Under the pieces are notes generated by a model. That model saw nothing but the letters and a program-made list of their open reading frames with translations. It did no database searches and was not told the DNA's origin. The position numbers and the translations under genes are program-made. From an uncultured Clostridia bacterium (lineage in GTDB: Bacteria > Bacillota > Clostridia > Christensenellales > UBA1242): DNA of 64,000 nucleotides. The stretch covers positions 1,344 through 65,343 of the forward strand of contig CALWTE010000017.1 of the NCBI GenBank assembly GCA_944384375.1, read 5' to 3'. This document shows positions 29,186 to 39,393 of the stretch, one piece after another (within the stretch, counting starts at the first letter, position 1; each line of letters opens with the position of its first letter).

Positions 29186-32100
29186 ATGGCTTTATCAAGG
29201 CAAAATTTAAGGAAGATAGGAATTGCAATACTTATTGCTATTTTTGCTTGTACTGTTTTATGTGCTGGTTTAGTAATAGGTAGTTCAAATAAAACACAAA
29301 GTAAATTCGTAAGTGCTGCCGAAGGGGTGTGGACTGATTATGCCACAGCGCCTAGTAATGCTGCGGCGGGTGATAGTAGGGATAATCCTATTAGAATCGG
29401 TACGGCTGAAGAATTAGCGTGGCTTGCTCAAGAGGTAAACGCTGGGAACGATTTTTCGGGGCGGTATATTGAGTTAAATGGTACTTTAGATTTAAGTGCT
29501 CATAACTGGGTGCCTATAGGAACAGCGGATAATCCTTTTAGGGGAAATATTACCTTGCGTGGTAGTAATGTACCTGTAATTAGGAATCTAACAATTGATA
29601 CAAATGTTTTGTTAGAAAGTATACCTAATCTAAACTATATAGGTTTGTTTGGTTATGTAGATAAGGGTAGCGCGCAGTATGGTAGTGGTTATTTAGAATT
29701 AGTAACTTTGGAAAATATAAATATCAACATTGCTGGTGCTTTGCCTAATTCAAATATTTATGTTGGCGGTCTTGTTGGATATTTTAATGGTTCGCCTCGT
29801 ATATCGGGAGGAACGACTGGCAATACGGGTGCTGATTTACAAGCGATAAGCGGTACAATTTACCTTGATTTAGCCGAATATGGCACAAACTCTTGTTTTG
29901 TAGGTGGTCTAGTGGGAGAATTGGCTAGCGGTGGTGGATTAGGCTGGACTGCAAATAATTCTTATGTTGCGGTAAACTTTGATACTGTAAATTGCGTTGG
30001 TAAAAATCTTTATGTCGGTGGAATTGTAGGGCAGAATAATGGGACAATTACGGGTACAAATAACCTTAGTATCAACAATACCGAAGGGAATTTGTCCTTT
30101 AACGTAAACGCAGGCTATTTCGGTGGCGTGGTAGGTAACAACACTAGCACAGGGGTTATTCGTAATATTAGGACGACGGCTAGTATTGTAAGTGACACTT
30201 TGGAAAATGGAGTTTTGGCAATAGGTGGAATTGCTGGACAAAATACAAATGGAAATATTATAAACTGTACGAATGTGGGGCAAATAACTGCTAGTTCGGG
30301 CTCTGTCGGTGGTATAGCAGGGATAAATATAAATGCTAGTGCCGTAATTGAAAATTCCACTAATTCAGGGCAAATTGTAATTTATTACGGTTTGGGAATA
30401 AATGCTGGTGGAATTGCAGGGCAGAATGATTCTGGACAGGTTAGGAGTTCGTCTAATACTGGTAATATTTTAGGTGTAGGTGCTACAGTATCTGATAGTG
30501 TAAAAATGAGTAGGCGAGTAGGTGGTATAGTCGGTATAAATACTAGCAATGCAGGTACAGGAATTTATGATTGTTATAATACGGCAAACATAGGTGCAAG
30601 CCTAACAGTAGGTTATGTCGGTGGTATCGCTGGCTGGAATCAAGGCAGAATTTCAAATGCAACAAGAGGGGGTACTACATACGGCTTTAATTATAATACA
30701 GGAGATGTTTGTGGTGCCTCTTATGTGGGCGGAATTGCTGGAGGAAATGATAGCATTATAGCATATTCATATAACACAGGTGATGTCTGGGGTACAGATG
30801 CTAACAATTCATATGTTGGAGGTATAGCAGGTTCTTTAAGTATAATAAGTGGTTCTGGGGAGCTGGAAAAAAGTGTAGAATTTTGCTTTAATATGGGGAA
30901 TATTGGCAATAGGAATACAAGAACTGCTGGTGGAATTACAGGTGAAGTTGCTAGTGTTAATACATTAGAAAATGTGATTAATTATGGTAATGTAAGCGCA
31001 GTAATTTCTGCTGGAGGATTAATAGGTAGCTCAACAGCAGGACGTTCAAGTATCACTTTGCGATATGTTATGTCAGTAGGTAAAGTGGTCGATGCAGGCG
31101 CTGATACGAGTATTGCTAGTCTAGGTGGATTAATAGGTGATATGCACGCAAATGCCATTGCTGGTGCAGAGAATATAACTAACGCAATTTACAGCAAGAG
31201 TGTGGCAAACTATGATGAAAATCTGTCTAGTCGCGATAATGGAATGGGCGTAACCGCAAACAATGTAGGCGGTTGGAATAGTAACTTAAGACGTGCGACA
31301 AGTTATAATCTAACACTGCCTGGTGCAGAATCTACAACTAATGCAACGATAATTGACTTTGTAAATAGTGGAAATTGGTATTTTGCTCCATCTATTGATA
31401 ACGAGCATAAGCATTTTTATCCTATTTTGAGTTGTTTTCAAGACGGTGTAGTCTTTGCTACAGAAACTACTGGTAGCGGGCAAGTAGTTTATCCAGATGT
31501 CATCATTTATGCGGTGAATTTTATAAACCACCGTCCTGTTCAATGGAATGAGGGGAATAGTCAAATTGATTATACTGATGAATCAATTAATGCGTTTACT
31601 GATGCTGCTCCCGAGTACACAATTGACGGTACACAATATATAAATGCAGGGCAGAGATTAAGCGAGCCTGCCGAAAACACCTATACACATGCTGATGGGT
31701 ATACTGAGGTTTGGCGCATTGGGGAAGAAAACACTGCTAGCGAATTTAGTTTTGATACAGCAATTTATCAAGATACTACGGTTTATTTGACGTGGGAAGG
31801 CGAGCAGTATAATGTTATATTCTATCTATATAATCAAGAAACTGGCAGTTTTGATTTAGTAACAGATTTTGTAACTTATCCAGAATATTGGGATGGTTTG
31901 ACTATACAATACACTTTGGACCCAACGGCTACTATGCGAATTGATGGTGTATCGGGTACGGGTACCACTTTTGTAGGTTGGTGGACAGATAGAGAAAGTG
32001 CGTTAAACGGCATTTTGACTGAAGATTATAGTCAAGCAACGTTAGATTTTAGCCGAAACGTGCAATATACAGACGGACTAGTGATTTATGGTAGTATTCA

Positions 32101-33706
32101 ATTTGTTACAGTTACAGTAACCATAGATGCAGGCTCTATCGGTAGTACACCTATGACCTTTGCTGATGGTAGTAGGACAAAGCAAGTACAAATAACTTAC
32201 AATTCAACATATACCCTTGATGTTAATTTTAGTAACCATGACGGTTGGTCTTTTATGGGGTACTTTTCTACGCCTAATGAAGGTGCAGTACAATATACTG
32301 ATTTAAGTGGTAATTCACTTAGTCCTTCTGGATTTGCAGAAGATGGCATAATCTTGTATGCGCAATGGATTGCTACATCGCAAAACGTAATTTTTGCAAG
32401 TAAAGGTTTAGACGGTACTGTTGTAACACTTGTTACAATTACTGTTGATTATAATACTGCTATTCCTGTTGACCAAATTCCTGACGATACGGAAATTAAT
32501 TATGCCATGATAGATAGTACCAAAGATGCTAATGGTTATAGAATACAAGATTTTTATACTACATTAGATTGTGTCGCTGGTACTGAATTTGATTTTGATA
32601 CTATTATTTTAGGCGAAACACATATTTATGTAGGCTGGGAAGTAGTTTCTTTTGAATTGACATTGAATGCTAATGGCGGATTATTTAGTAATGGTGTAGG
32701 TACGTACAGATTTAATGTACCATACGGGCAAGACGTTATTCAAGCAATTATAGGTGAATCTAGCAATTTTGGCACTCCTACTTATGCTGGGTTCTCTCCT
32801 TTGAGCGAAAATGGTGTATTATTATGGAGTGTGAATTCTTATAGTGCGGGCGCAAATTTTGATGTAAGGGATATTGTTTCTATTGATAATAATAATTACT
32901 TAATGCCTGCTAGCAGTTTGCAACTTTATATTGTTTGGGAAACGGAGAATTTCACCATTTATTTACGTAGTAACGGTGGAGCATTTACTGACGGCAGTTC
33001 GTTAAAAGCCATTAGTCTCGCTTTTGGTCAAAATGTTTTATCCGCTCTAAATCAATATACTGATATAATTCCTACTATGGCGGGGTATGGGTTTAGATTT
33101 TGGAGTCAAGATAATGACGAAGGCGCTATGGAAATTGACGAAAATATGACAATGCCTAGCGAAGATTTAACATTGTACGCGATTTGGGGCGAACAGGTTA
33201 CTATTACGTTTTACGTGCTAGGTATTAGCGAAGAAGATAATATGCTATATACATTCCCTGTGTTTAGGGGCGAAATTGTACAAGACGTGGAAGGTTTAAC
33301 CGAAATTGAAGACGCTGTAAACCGAATGGTAAACGGTAGTGGATTCTTATTTGACCACTGGGAGCAAATAATTAATCCTGATACCAGTGGAAACTTTGAT
33401 ACGACTGGTGTAGCATTTAATTTTGATACTGCGATTATTAATGAAGATATTATGTTAATGGCTACCCTTTCTTTAGACCCAAACTTCAATCCAGCACCAG
33501 CAGATACTACAAATTATTTAATTATAGCAATTGTAGTAATTTTAGTGGCTGTTGTGCTAATGTTCTTGCTAATTTGGACAAATATGCGTAAACACACTAT
33601 GACGCTAGAAGACAGCAAGATTAAGAATAAGGATATAAAGAAACAATTAGACGAAATCAAAGAGTTGGAGCGTAGACGTAAAGAATTAGACAATCCATAC
33701 GAGTAA
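29186..33706 (+). CDS. Giant cell-surface protein: signal/anchor, GLUG-type repeats, Listeria-Bacteroides (Flg_new)-type repeats, C-terminal TM anchor
   Basis: 1506 aa. N-terminal hydrophobic 'IGIAILIAIFACTVLCAGL'. Many 'GG(I/L)(A/V)G' units. Recurring units such as 'ELTLNANGGLF', 'FTIYLRSNGGAF' and 'TLYA.W'. C-terminal TM 'YLIIAIVVILVAVVLMFLLIW' plus a charged tail. Confidence 0.75.
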   Translation: MALSRQNLRKIGIAILIAIFACTVLCAGLVIGSSNKTQSKFVSAAEGVWTDYATAPSNAAAGDSRDNPIRIGTAEELAWLAQEVNAGNDFSGRYIELNGTLDLSAHNWVPIGTADNPFRGNITLRGSNVPVIRNLTIDTNVLLESIPNLNYIGLFGYVDKGSAQYGSGYLELVTLENININIAGALPNSNIYVGGLVGYFNGSPRISGGTTGNTGADLQAISGTIYLDLAEYGTNSCFVGGLVGELASGGGLGWTANNSYVAVNFDTVNCVGKNLYVGGIVGQNNGTITGTNNLSINNTEGNLSFNVNAGYFGGVVGNNTSTGVIRNIRTTASIVSDTLENGVLAIGGIAGQNTNGNIINCTNVGQITASSGSVGGIAGININASAVIENSTNSGQIVIYYGLGINAGGIAGQNDSGQVRSSSNTGNILGVGATVSDSVKMSRRVGGIVGINTSNAGTGIYDCYNTANIGASLTVGYVGGIAGWNQGRISNATRGGTTYGFNYNTGDVCGASYVGGIAGGNDSIIAYSYNTGDVWGTDANNSYVGGIAGSLSIISGSGELEKSVEFCFNMGNIGNRNTRTAGGITGEVASVNTLENVINYGNVSAVISAGGLIGSSTAGRSSITLRYVMSVGKVVDAGADTSIASLGGLIGDMHANAIAGAENITNAIYSKSVANYDENLSSRDNGMGVTANNVGGWNSNLRRATSYNLTLPGAESTTNATIIDFVNSGNWYFAPSIDNEHKHFYPILSCFQDGVVFATETTGSGQVVYPDVIIYAVNFINHRPVQWNEGNSQIDYTDESINAFTDAAPEYTIDGTQYINAGQRLSEPAENTYTHADGYTEVWRIGEENTASEFSFDTAIYQDTTVYLTWEGEQYNVIFYLYNQETGSFDLVTDFVTYPEYWDGLTIQYTLDPTATMRIDGVSGTGTTFVGWWTDRESALNGILTEDYSQATLDFSRNVQYTDGLVIYGSIQFVTVTVTIDAGSIGSTPMTFADGSRTKQVQITYNSTYTLDVNFSNHDGWSFMGYFSTPNEGAVQYTDLSGNSLSPSGFAEDGIILYAQWIATSQNVIFASKGLDGTVVTLVTITVDYNTAIPVDQIPDDTEINYAMIDSTKDANGYRIQDFYTTLDCVAGTEFDFDTIILGETHIYVGWEVVSFELTLNANGGLFSNGVGTYRFNVPYGQDVIQAIIGESSNFGTPTYAGFSPLSENGVLLWSVNSYSAGANFDVRDIVSIDNNNYLMPASSLQLYIVWETENFTIYLRSNGGAFTDGSSLKAISLAFGQNVLSALNQYTDIIPTMAGYGFRFWSQDNDEGAMEIDENMTMPSEDLTLYAIWGEQVTITFYVLGISEEDNMLYTFPVFRGEIVQDVEGLTEIEDAVNRMVNGSGFLFDHWEQIINPDTSGNFDTTGVAFNFDTAIINEDIMLMATLSLDPNFNPAPADTTNYLIIAIVVILVAVVLMFLLIWTNMRKHTMTLEDSKIKNKDIKKQLDEIKELERRRKELDNPYE

Positions 33707-33891
33707 TATTTATTATTAAATTGATAAGTATTTTGCCCTAAGTTTGATTAATGTTTAATATTATAATTAATAAAAGCCAAAAAAGAGCAAGACTAATAAA
33801 CTTTGAAACTAGCCAAATAATTAATAAGTTTGATTTTGATTATTTGCATTGAACTGGCACTAAATCTAAGCTATAAGTTAGCATTTTGTTA

Positions 33892-33920
33892 TTGACAGAA
33901 AGTGTGGTGTGTGTTATAGT
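33892..33920 (+). promoter_or_regulatory. Promoter TTGACA-N17-TATAGT with TGn extension
   Basis: -35 at 33892-33897 and -10 at 33915-33920, 35 nt upstream of ATG 33955. Confidence 0.65.
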
Positions 33921-33954
33921 TTGAACAAACAAAAAATATTTTAAGCAGGTTATT

Positions 33955-34419
33955 ATGAAAATGAAAGTTTATGAGCCTTATAAAGGCGCAGTACCATTAA
34001 CCGCAACACCCAAAGGTCGTAGGGCAAGAGCCGAGTTAATTGTTGATTATTACCACGGTGGGAGTACTCTAAATGAAAGAGTAAGGCTAGTTCAAAAAAT
34101 AGAGAGTCTGAGTGCGTATATAGCCTTAAATGGCGAGCGTATGAGCGAGCAACGAAAGGCAGAATTAAGCGCAGAAATGCTGGCACTTGAGAAAGAATTG
34201 AAGACAATCAAAGAGAATCCTTTAAGTCAAGAAGAAAAGGAAATTTTGATTGATGAACAGCTTGCTATAATGGAAGCTGAAGAAGAATATGAGCAGACGC
34301 TTGAAATAGCAAAACAGCGGAAACAAGAGAGAGTTGAAGCTGCAGAACTTGCCCGAAAGGAAGCTCTTGAGGCATTAAAAAGTAAGCAACAAGAAAGTGA
34401 AGAACGAGAAAGAGTGTAA
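33955..34419 (+). CDS. Hypothetical charged coiled-coil protein
   Basis: 154-aa ORF with its own strong promoter and terminator. The C-terminal two thirds are E/K/A-rich and heptad-like. Confidence 0.5.
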   Translation: MKMKVYEPYKGAVPLTATPKGRRARAELIVDYYHGGSTLNERVRLVQKIESLSAYIALNGERMSEQRKAELSAEMLALEKELKTIKENPLSQEEKEILIDEQLAIMEAEEEYEQTLEIAKQRKQERVEAAELARKEALEALKSKQQESEERERV

Positions 34420-34432
34420 ACGCTCTTTTTTG
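34411..34432 (+). terminator. Rho-independent terminator overlapping the stop codon
   Basis: Stem agagtg/cgctct (one G-U pair) with a 4-nt loop, followed by T6. Confidence 0.55.
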
Positions 34433-34509
34433 TTTGTTATTTGTTGCTTTTTGAACGTCTTATGTTAATCTATTAGATTATTTAAAATATAAGTCTTGTG
34501 AGTTTGTAC

Positions 34510-34538
34510 TTGAAAAATTTTCTTTATTAATATATAAT
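34510..34538 (+). promoter_or_regulatory. mnmE promoter TTGAAA-N17-TATAAT
   Basis: -35 at 34510-34515 and -10 at 34533-34538. Confidence 0.6.
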
Positions 34539-34589
34539 ATATAGGAATACATTTGATTTTTAAAAATTAAATTTGATTTAGGAGAAGTT

Positions 34590-35909
34590 ATGGAAGATAC
34601 TATTTGCGCAGTGGCTACGCCCGTAGGAAATGGCGGAGTCGCTATCATTCGTGTTAGTGGCGAACGAGCCTTAGAGATTGCGGGCAAAGTTTTTGCTAAA
34701 TTGCAGGATAAAGTGGAGCCTAGGCGTGCCATTTTTGGTAAGTTAAACTTTGATAATGTGGTAGATGACGCTTTGGCAATTTACTTTAAAGCCCCTAAAA
34801 GTTTCACAGGTGAAGATGTGGTGGAATTGCAAATTCACGGCGGGTATTATTTGGCGCAAAGTCTAGTAAACAAGTTAATTAGTCTAGGGGCAAGGCTTGC
34901 CGAACGTGGCGAATTTAGCAAACGTGCCGTACTAAACGGACAAATGGATATGAGCCAGGCGGAAGGTATTATTGATATAATTAATGCAAATTCGCAGGCA
35001 CAATTGCGTGCAGGTTCGGGGCTACTTGCGGGCGCTATGAAAAACTTTGTGGGTGAGTTGCAAGACGAAATTACTCAAATAATGTGTGAAGTAAACGTCG
35101 CACTAGATTACCCAGAACATGATATTGAATACATCACAGCACAAAAAATTGCCGAAGTGGTTAAACAACTTTTGGAAAAAATTGACGGCAAGTTATCCAC
35201 CGTGCAGACAGGTTTGCAGGTAAAAAACGGTGTAAATGTCGTGCTTGCAGGCAATCCAAACGTGGGCAAAAGTAGCCTAATGAATAGCCTTTTAGGGTAC
35301 GACAGAGCGATTGTTACTGATATTGCTGGCACTACACGTGATACAATCAGTGGCAGTTATGAGTTTAACGGAATGTTGTTTAATCTTATTGATACGGCGG
35401 GCTTACGTGACACTCAAGATGTGGTGGAAAATGCTGGAATAGAGCGCGCCAAAGCTGAAATCCAGCACGCAGACATAATTTTGAGTATTGTAGATGCCGA
35501 AAAAAATGAAGAAAGCGAAGATTTAAAAAAATTAGAGAAAAATACAGCAAAAATCTTAAAAATTGTCAATAAAATTGATAAAAAAGAGCCAAAAACCCCT
35601 TGCGATTTGGCAGTTAGCGCAAAAACGGGCGAAAATATAGACAAATTAAAGCAACTAATTTTTAATAAAACGGTAAACGATAAAATTTATGCAGACGGCG
35701 ATTTTTTAACGAACACCCGCCATATACAAGACTTGAAATCAGCAAGGGACGCTTTGCAAGAAACTTTTGATAATTGCCAGACCGCCACACTAGATTGTCT
35801 TGCTGTTACCTTGATGCAAGCATGGAATAAACTAGGCGAAATCACGGGCGAATGTGCCAACGAAAAAATTATAAACGAAATTTTTGCAAAATTCTGCTTG
35901 GGCAAGTGA
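34590..35909 (+). CDS. mnmE: tRNA modification GTPase MnmE/TrmE
   Basis: 'DTICAVATPVGNGGVAIIRVSG', G1 motif 'GNPNVGKSSL', 'DTAGLR' and a C-terminal 'FCLGK' followed by a TGA stop. Confidence 0.95.
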   Translation: MEDTICAVATPVGNGGVAIIRVSGERALEIAGKVFAKLQDKVEPRRAIFGKLNFDNVVDDALAIYFKAPKSFTGEDVVELQIHGGYYLAQSLVNKLISLGARLAERGEFSKRAVLNGQMDMSQAEGIIDIINANSQAQLRAGSGLLAGAMKNFVGELQDEITQIMCEVNVALDYPEHDIEYITAQKIAEVVKQLLEKIDGKLSTVQTGLQVKNGVNVVLAGNPNVGKSSLMNSLLGYDRAIVTDIAGTTRDTISGSYEFNGMLFNLIDTAGLRDTQDVVENAGIERAKAEIQHADIILSIVDAEKNEESEDLKKLEKNTAKILKIVNKIDKKEPKTPCDLAVSAKTGENIDKLKQLIFNKTVNDKIYADGDFLTNTRHIQDLKSARDALQETFDNCQTATLDCLAVTLMQAWNKLGEITGECANEKIINEIFAKFCLGK

Positions 35910-36198
35910 TTTTTAAGTGATTTTTATATAAAATTCTTTTATATATCATTTATATAAGATAATAACATTATTAAAATTATAGTAATTAAAAAATAAATAA
36001 AAATAATTTTTAATTAATAAAGATTAAAACACCAAAAATTTCACTATAAATTATTTTTGTTATTATATATTGATAAATAATTAATAAATTAAATAAAAAT
36101 CTAATAATTTTATTAAAAAATGCAATACAATATATTTAAGGAAATTAAAGCAAAATTAATATTTAAATAATATTAAAACAAAAGATTTTATATAAACT

Positions 36199-36226
36199 AA
36201 AAAGCGGTGGATAACTCCGCTTTTTT
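36199..36226. terminator. Hairpin aaaGCGG-tggataact-CCGCttt flanked by A- and T-runs; the loop carries a DnaA-box-like GGTGGATAA
   Basis: Short GC stem with A/T extensions. Sits at the A-rich to T-rich switch point of the intergenic region. Confidence 0.4.
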
Positions 36227-36274
36227 AATTTTTAAAATTTGCTAAAATTATTTAAAAATAATAAAAATTATATA

Positions 36275-36322
36275 TTTTTCGCCATTTTTTGTCGTTTTTT
36301 ACATATTTTTTATTATTTTTTT
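36275..36322 (+). repeat. Phased T-tract array (copy X), homologous to 37113-37168 and reverse-complementary to 39524-39580
   Basis: T-tract starts at 36275, 36285, 36295, 36306 and 36316. The 18-mer GTTTTTTACATATTTTTT (36294-36311) recurs identically at 37134-37151. Confidence 0.8.
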
Positions 36323-36479
36323 AGGTACTATGCATTATTTGTGATATATTTTTTGGTTATTTTTAGTTTATTTTTCAAATATTAATAAAATTTTAATATT
36401 TGTATTTTTTTGCTTATAATCATTTATAAGTTTGTATAAAATATTTGTATTAAATAAAAGTAATTAATATTTTTAATCT

Positions 36480-37076
36480 CTACAAATCAGTAGGTAATTC
36501 GGTTTGAATTTGCTTTTCCGCTGGTGGCAAACGTCTTTGCTTTGGTTTTGTGACACATTCGTAATAAGTGGCTTTTAAATATTTTTTATTTAGAATGTAT
36601 TTTTCGCCTTTTTCGGCTAAATCGGTAAAGACCTTTAAATAAAAGTTATACATTCGTTCATTATAGTATTGCGGTTCTACTGTGCGTTGCCAGTAATTTA
36701 GCACGTTTTTAGGCATATAATCTAGTTTGTGATAAGTCTTGCCTGCTGCAATTCTATCGCAAATGTTTTCCACCGCATATTTATAGGGCATATCGGCTTG
36801 CTCTTTGTTTTGGCTGTCATACCAGTATTCTATATGGTGTTTGTTTCTGCCTTTGTGGTGAAGCCACGCCCTTGAATAGCCTTTATCTATTCGGGCGTTA
36901 GTAATAGGTGAATGTTTGCCCGCATAGTACTTCGCACTTTCAAAAAATTCTGTGGGCGACAATTTAGACATATCATGCACCAGCCCCCGCCAAAAAAGCC
37001 CGCATTTACAACAGTTTATAAAGACTTTATGCTTGTGTTTTAATACCAAAACCAAATGTTTAAAAACGTGTGCCAT
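36480..37076 (-). CDS. Conserved hypothetical protein (DUF5662-like, 'HDMSK' motif)
   Basis: 198-aa ORF with RBS aaaggaaaatactATG. 'LVHDMSKLSPTEF...AWLHHKGRNKHHIEYW' resembles my recollection of DUF5662. Confidence 0.4.
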   Translation of the reverse strand: MAHVFKHLVLVLKHKHKVFINCCKCGLFWRGLVHDMSKLSPTEFFESAKYYAGKHSPITNARIDKGYSRAWLHHKGRNKHHIEYWYDSQNKEQADMPYKYAVENICDRIAAGKTYHKLDYMPKNVLNYWQRTVEPQYYNERMYNFYLKVFTDLAEKGEKYILNKKYLKATYYECVTKPKQRRLPPAEKQIQTELPTDL

Positions 37077-37112
37077 AGTATTTTCCTTTTAAAAAATTGC
37101 AAAAAATTAGCA

Positions 37113-37168
37113 TTTTTTTCGTATTTTTTTTGTGTTTTTTACATATTTTTTGCGAATTTTTATATTTT
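37113..37168 (+). repeat. Phased T-tract array (copy Y)
   Basis: T-tract starts at 37113, 37124, 37135, 37146 and 37157 (11-bp period). About 80% similar to 36275-36322. Confidence 0.8.
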
Positions 37169-37350
37169 AATACGATTTTATTATAGTTTTAAAAATATAA
37201 AAAGTCAAATAAATGTTTTTGATAAAAATTTTATTTTGATTGCATTGTTTTATTTTTTATTGTGTTTGCGTTTTAAATTTACAAAACCAGCCAAAATTGA
37301 CAAAATGCCTAATCTATGGTATAATTAAACTAGAAAAGGGGTAAGGGGTT

Positions 37351-39297
37351 ATGGACAAAGATTTTATTCGTGATTTTCCAGATGCAAAATATTTTAATAG
37401 CAAGCGAAAGAAAGTAGAAAAGAGCAATTTTGGGCTGGGGCAGAGAGTGCCGAAAAGCGCGGGAAATAACGACACGGGCTGGTTGCCACTGAAATTAGAA
37501 CAGGTTGACACGACTAAACCTATAATAATTTGTTTTGGTGGCAATGGTACGCTCACTAGCCGCAGTGCGAATTATTATGCAAAATTAGTGCAAGGCTGGT
37601 TGGGCATTCGCGAAGCGCAAGAATATTGCCCTATAATTTCCTTTTACTATGGCAATGTGCCTGACAGCGATACGGGTGTTTTAAATGATGATGAATTGTT
37701 GGAAATTTCACGTGCATTTTTCCTGCCATTGATTCAAGAACACGGCAAACGCCTTGATTTGGAGTCCGCGCAGAAAAATATGCGAAATTTGAATTTTTTC
37801 ACGCATTGTTACGGAGCAAACGTGGTTAAAGAGTTGGCTTTCAACTGTATGGATTTAATGGACGAACTCGGCTATTCCCCAAATGAGCAGAAAGCGATTT
37901 TGTCTCAAATAGTGCAGGTCGGTTATGCGCCTGATGTTATTAACGATTATACAACGAACTTTTTTGTTAAATCTTTTGCTGATTCGCGTTTTGGTTACCG
38001 CTACCGTAAAGAATTAACAAATATAGACGAATTTCCGCCTTATTTAGGACAGGGAAAGTTGATAAGAAATAATAATAATTTAACATTATACGTGGGTAGT
38101 CTAATCGGGGAAGATGATTCAGGACTGGACGAACACGGCACTCGTTATATTTATCGTACTAGGGAATGGAAGACTTTTTATAAACGTAGTCAAGGTGCAA
38201 CCTATTGTATTGCGAACGTACTGGCAAGTGCTGTATTAAATTCTAAAAAGAACGCAATTAACAAGACTTTTATACCTATGACAAGCATTGATGATTTGCA
38301 AAAAATTAATCAAATGACGTTAGATTCTTATAATAACGATATTAATGAAAAGAAACAAAAAGCCATTTATGATAAACAGAAAGCAGATTATGATGAACTA
38401 CATAAAGTCCACCATATTTGCGAGTTGTTGCAGAAAAATAATTTATCCGAAGCCGATATTATAAACGGCAAGGGAAATTTTAGAGAAGTAGTAAAAAGTA
38501 AACAAGTAGATTTTAGCAATTCGCAACTAGGTTTTGTTGCTTCCATTCCTGAACCGCGTTTAATTGAATTAGGCGAAAAATTCTTAAACTTAAATGAAAC
38601 TAAAAATAGAATTATTCGTACGTCCCCACAAGGCATTATTTTAAATAATGGTGAAACTGTGGCTCGTTATGAACAAGATATTGAAGTTATAAAATATGAT
38701 TTGCGAATGCAGTGCGATGGTGTTGATTTGAGTGATAGTTTACGCTATGAGGAATTCGCGATTGAAGACACTAGGGAAATACACATAAATTACAATTATG
38801 GCAGTAAAGAAACCGAACCTGCCCAAAATCTTCAAGAATTACAAGCAAACTGGCAAAAATATGATAAAAATTCCCCAAACTTGCCCGATTTAAATATGTC
38901 TTACGCACAAACTGTGGCGCTAATAAACATTTTAACCCGTTACGAATTGCCTTTTGATAGTTTGAAATTACAGGCAGGCATACATTTAAACAAGCAAGCC
39001 CTTGCCGACGCGATAATTAAAACTGGCTTTACTACGCAACCAAACAAAACCCCAACAGCACTAGAAATACATAATAATTTAACAAACGGAAAAGGAACGC
39101 AAGTAAATTATAATTCCACTCAAATAAATTCAGCGAAAGAAGATTTATCTCCCGAAAATAATCATTGTACTTTTGCAAAAGGAAGTTCTAGCCAAACAAA
39201 TAAAAATACAAATAAAACGAATATTACACATCAAACAAGCGAAAACATCTGCCCCGAAAGTACAACTTCCACAAAAGAACCCGAAATGGGCGAGTAA
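37351..39297 (+). CDS. Hypothetical protein, N-terminal alpha/beta-hydrolase-like region with 'THCYG' in place of a GxSxG nucleophile elbow
   Basis: 648-aa ORF with RBS aaaaggggtaaggggttATG. Contains 'PIIICFGGNGT' and 'LNFFTHCYGANVV'. The C-terminal half is unrecognised. Confidence 0.45.
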   Translation: MDKDFIRDFPDAKYFNSKRKKVEKSNFGLGQRVPKSAGNNDTGWLPLKLEQVDTTKPIIICFGGNGTLTSRSANYYAKLVQGWLGIREAQEYCPIISFYYGNVPDSDTGVLNDDELLEISRAFFLPLIQEHGKRLDLESAQKNMRNLNFFTHCYGANVVKELAFNCMDLMDELGYSPNEQKAILSQIVQVGYAPDVINDYTTNFFVKSFADSRFGYRYRKELTNIDEFPPYLGQGKLIRNNNNLTLYVGSLIGEDDSGLDEHGTRYIYRTREWKTFYKRSQGATYCIANVLASAVLNSKKNAINKTFIPMTSIDDLQKINQMTLDSYNNDINEKKQKAIYDKQKADYDELHKVHHICELLQKNNLSEADIINGKGNFREVVKSKQVDFSNSQLGFVASIPEPRLIELGEKFLNLNETKNRIIRTSPQGIILNNGETVARYEQDIEVIKYDLRMQCDGVDLSDSLRYEEFAIEDTREIHINYNYGSKETEPAQNLQELQANWQKYDKNSPNLPDLNMSYAQTVALINILTRYELPFDSLKLQAGIHLNKQALADAIIKTGFTTQPNKTPTALEIHNNLTNGKGTQVNYNSTQINSAKEDLSPENNHCTFAKGSSSQTNKNTNKTNITHQTSENICPESTTSTKEPEMGE

Positions 39298-39393
39298 ACC
39301 AAAAACCCTAACAAAATAAAAATTTCGCCTATTTTCAAGCACAATCATCAAGCGAGCGATATATATAAATGAATAAAAAATTTAAAATAAAAA

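Noticed and set aside
35880-35909. Possibility of a Mollicutes-type genetic code (TGA = Trp), given the very low GC
   Set aside because: mnmE ends with TGA immediately after its conserved C-terminal FCLGK, and all long conserved ORFs are intact under the standard code.
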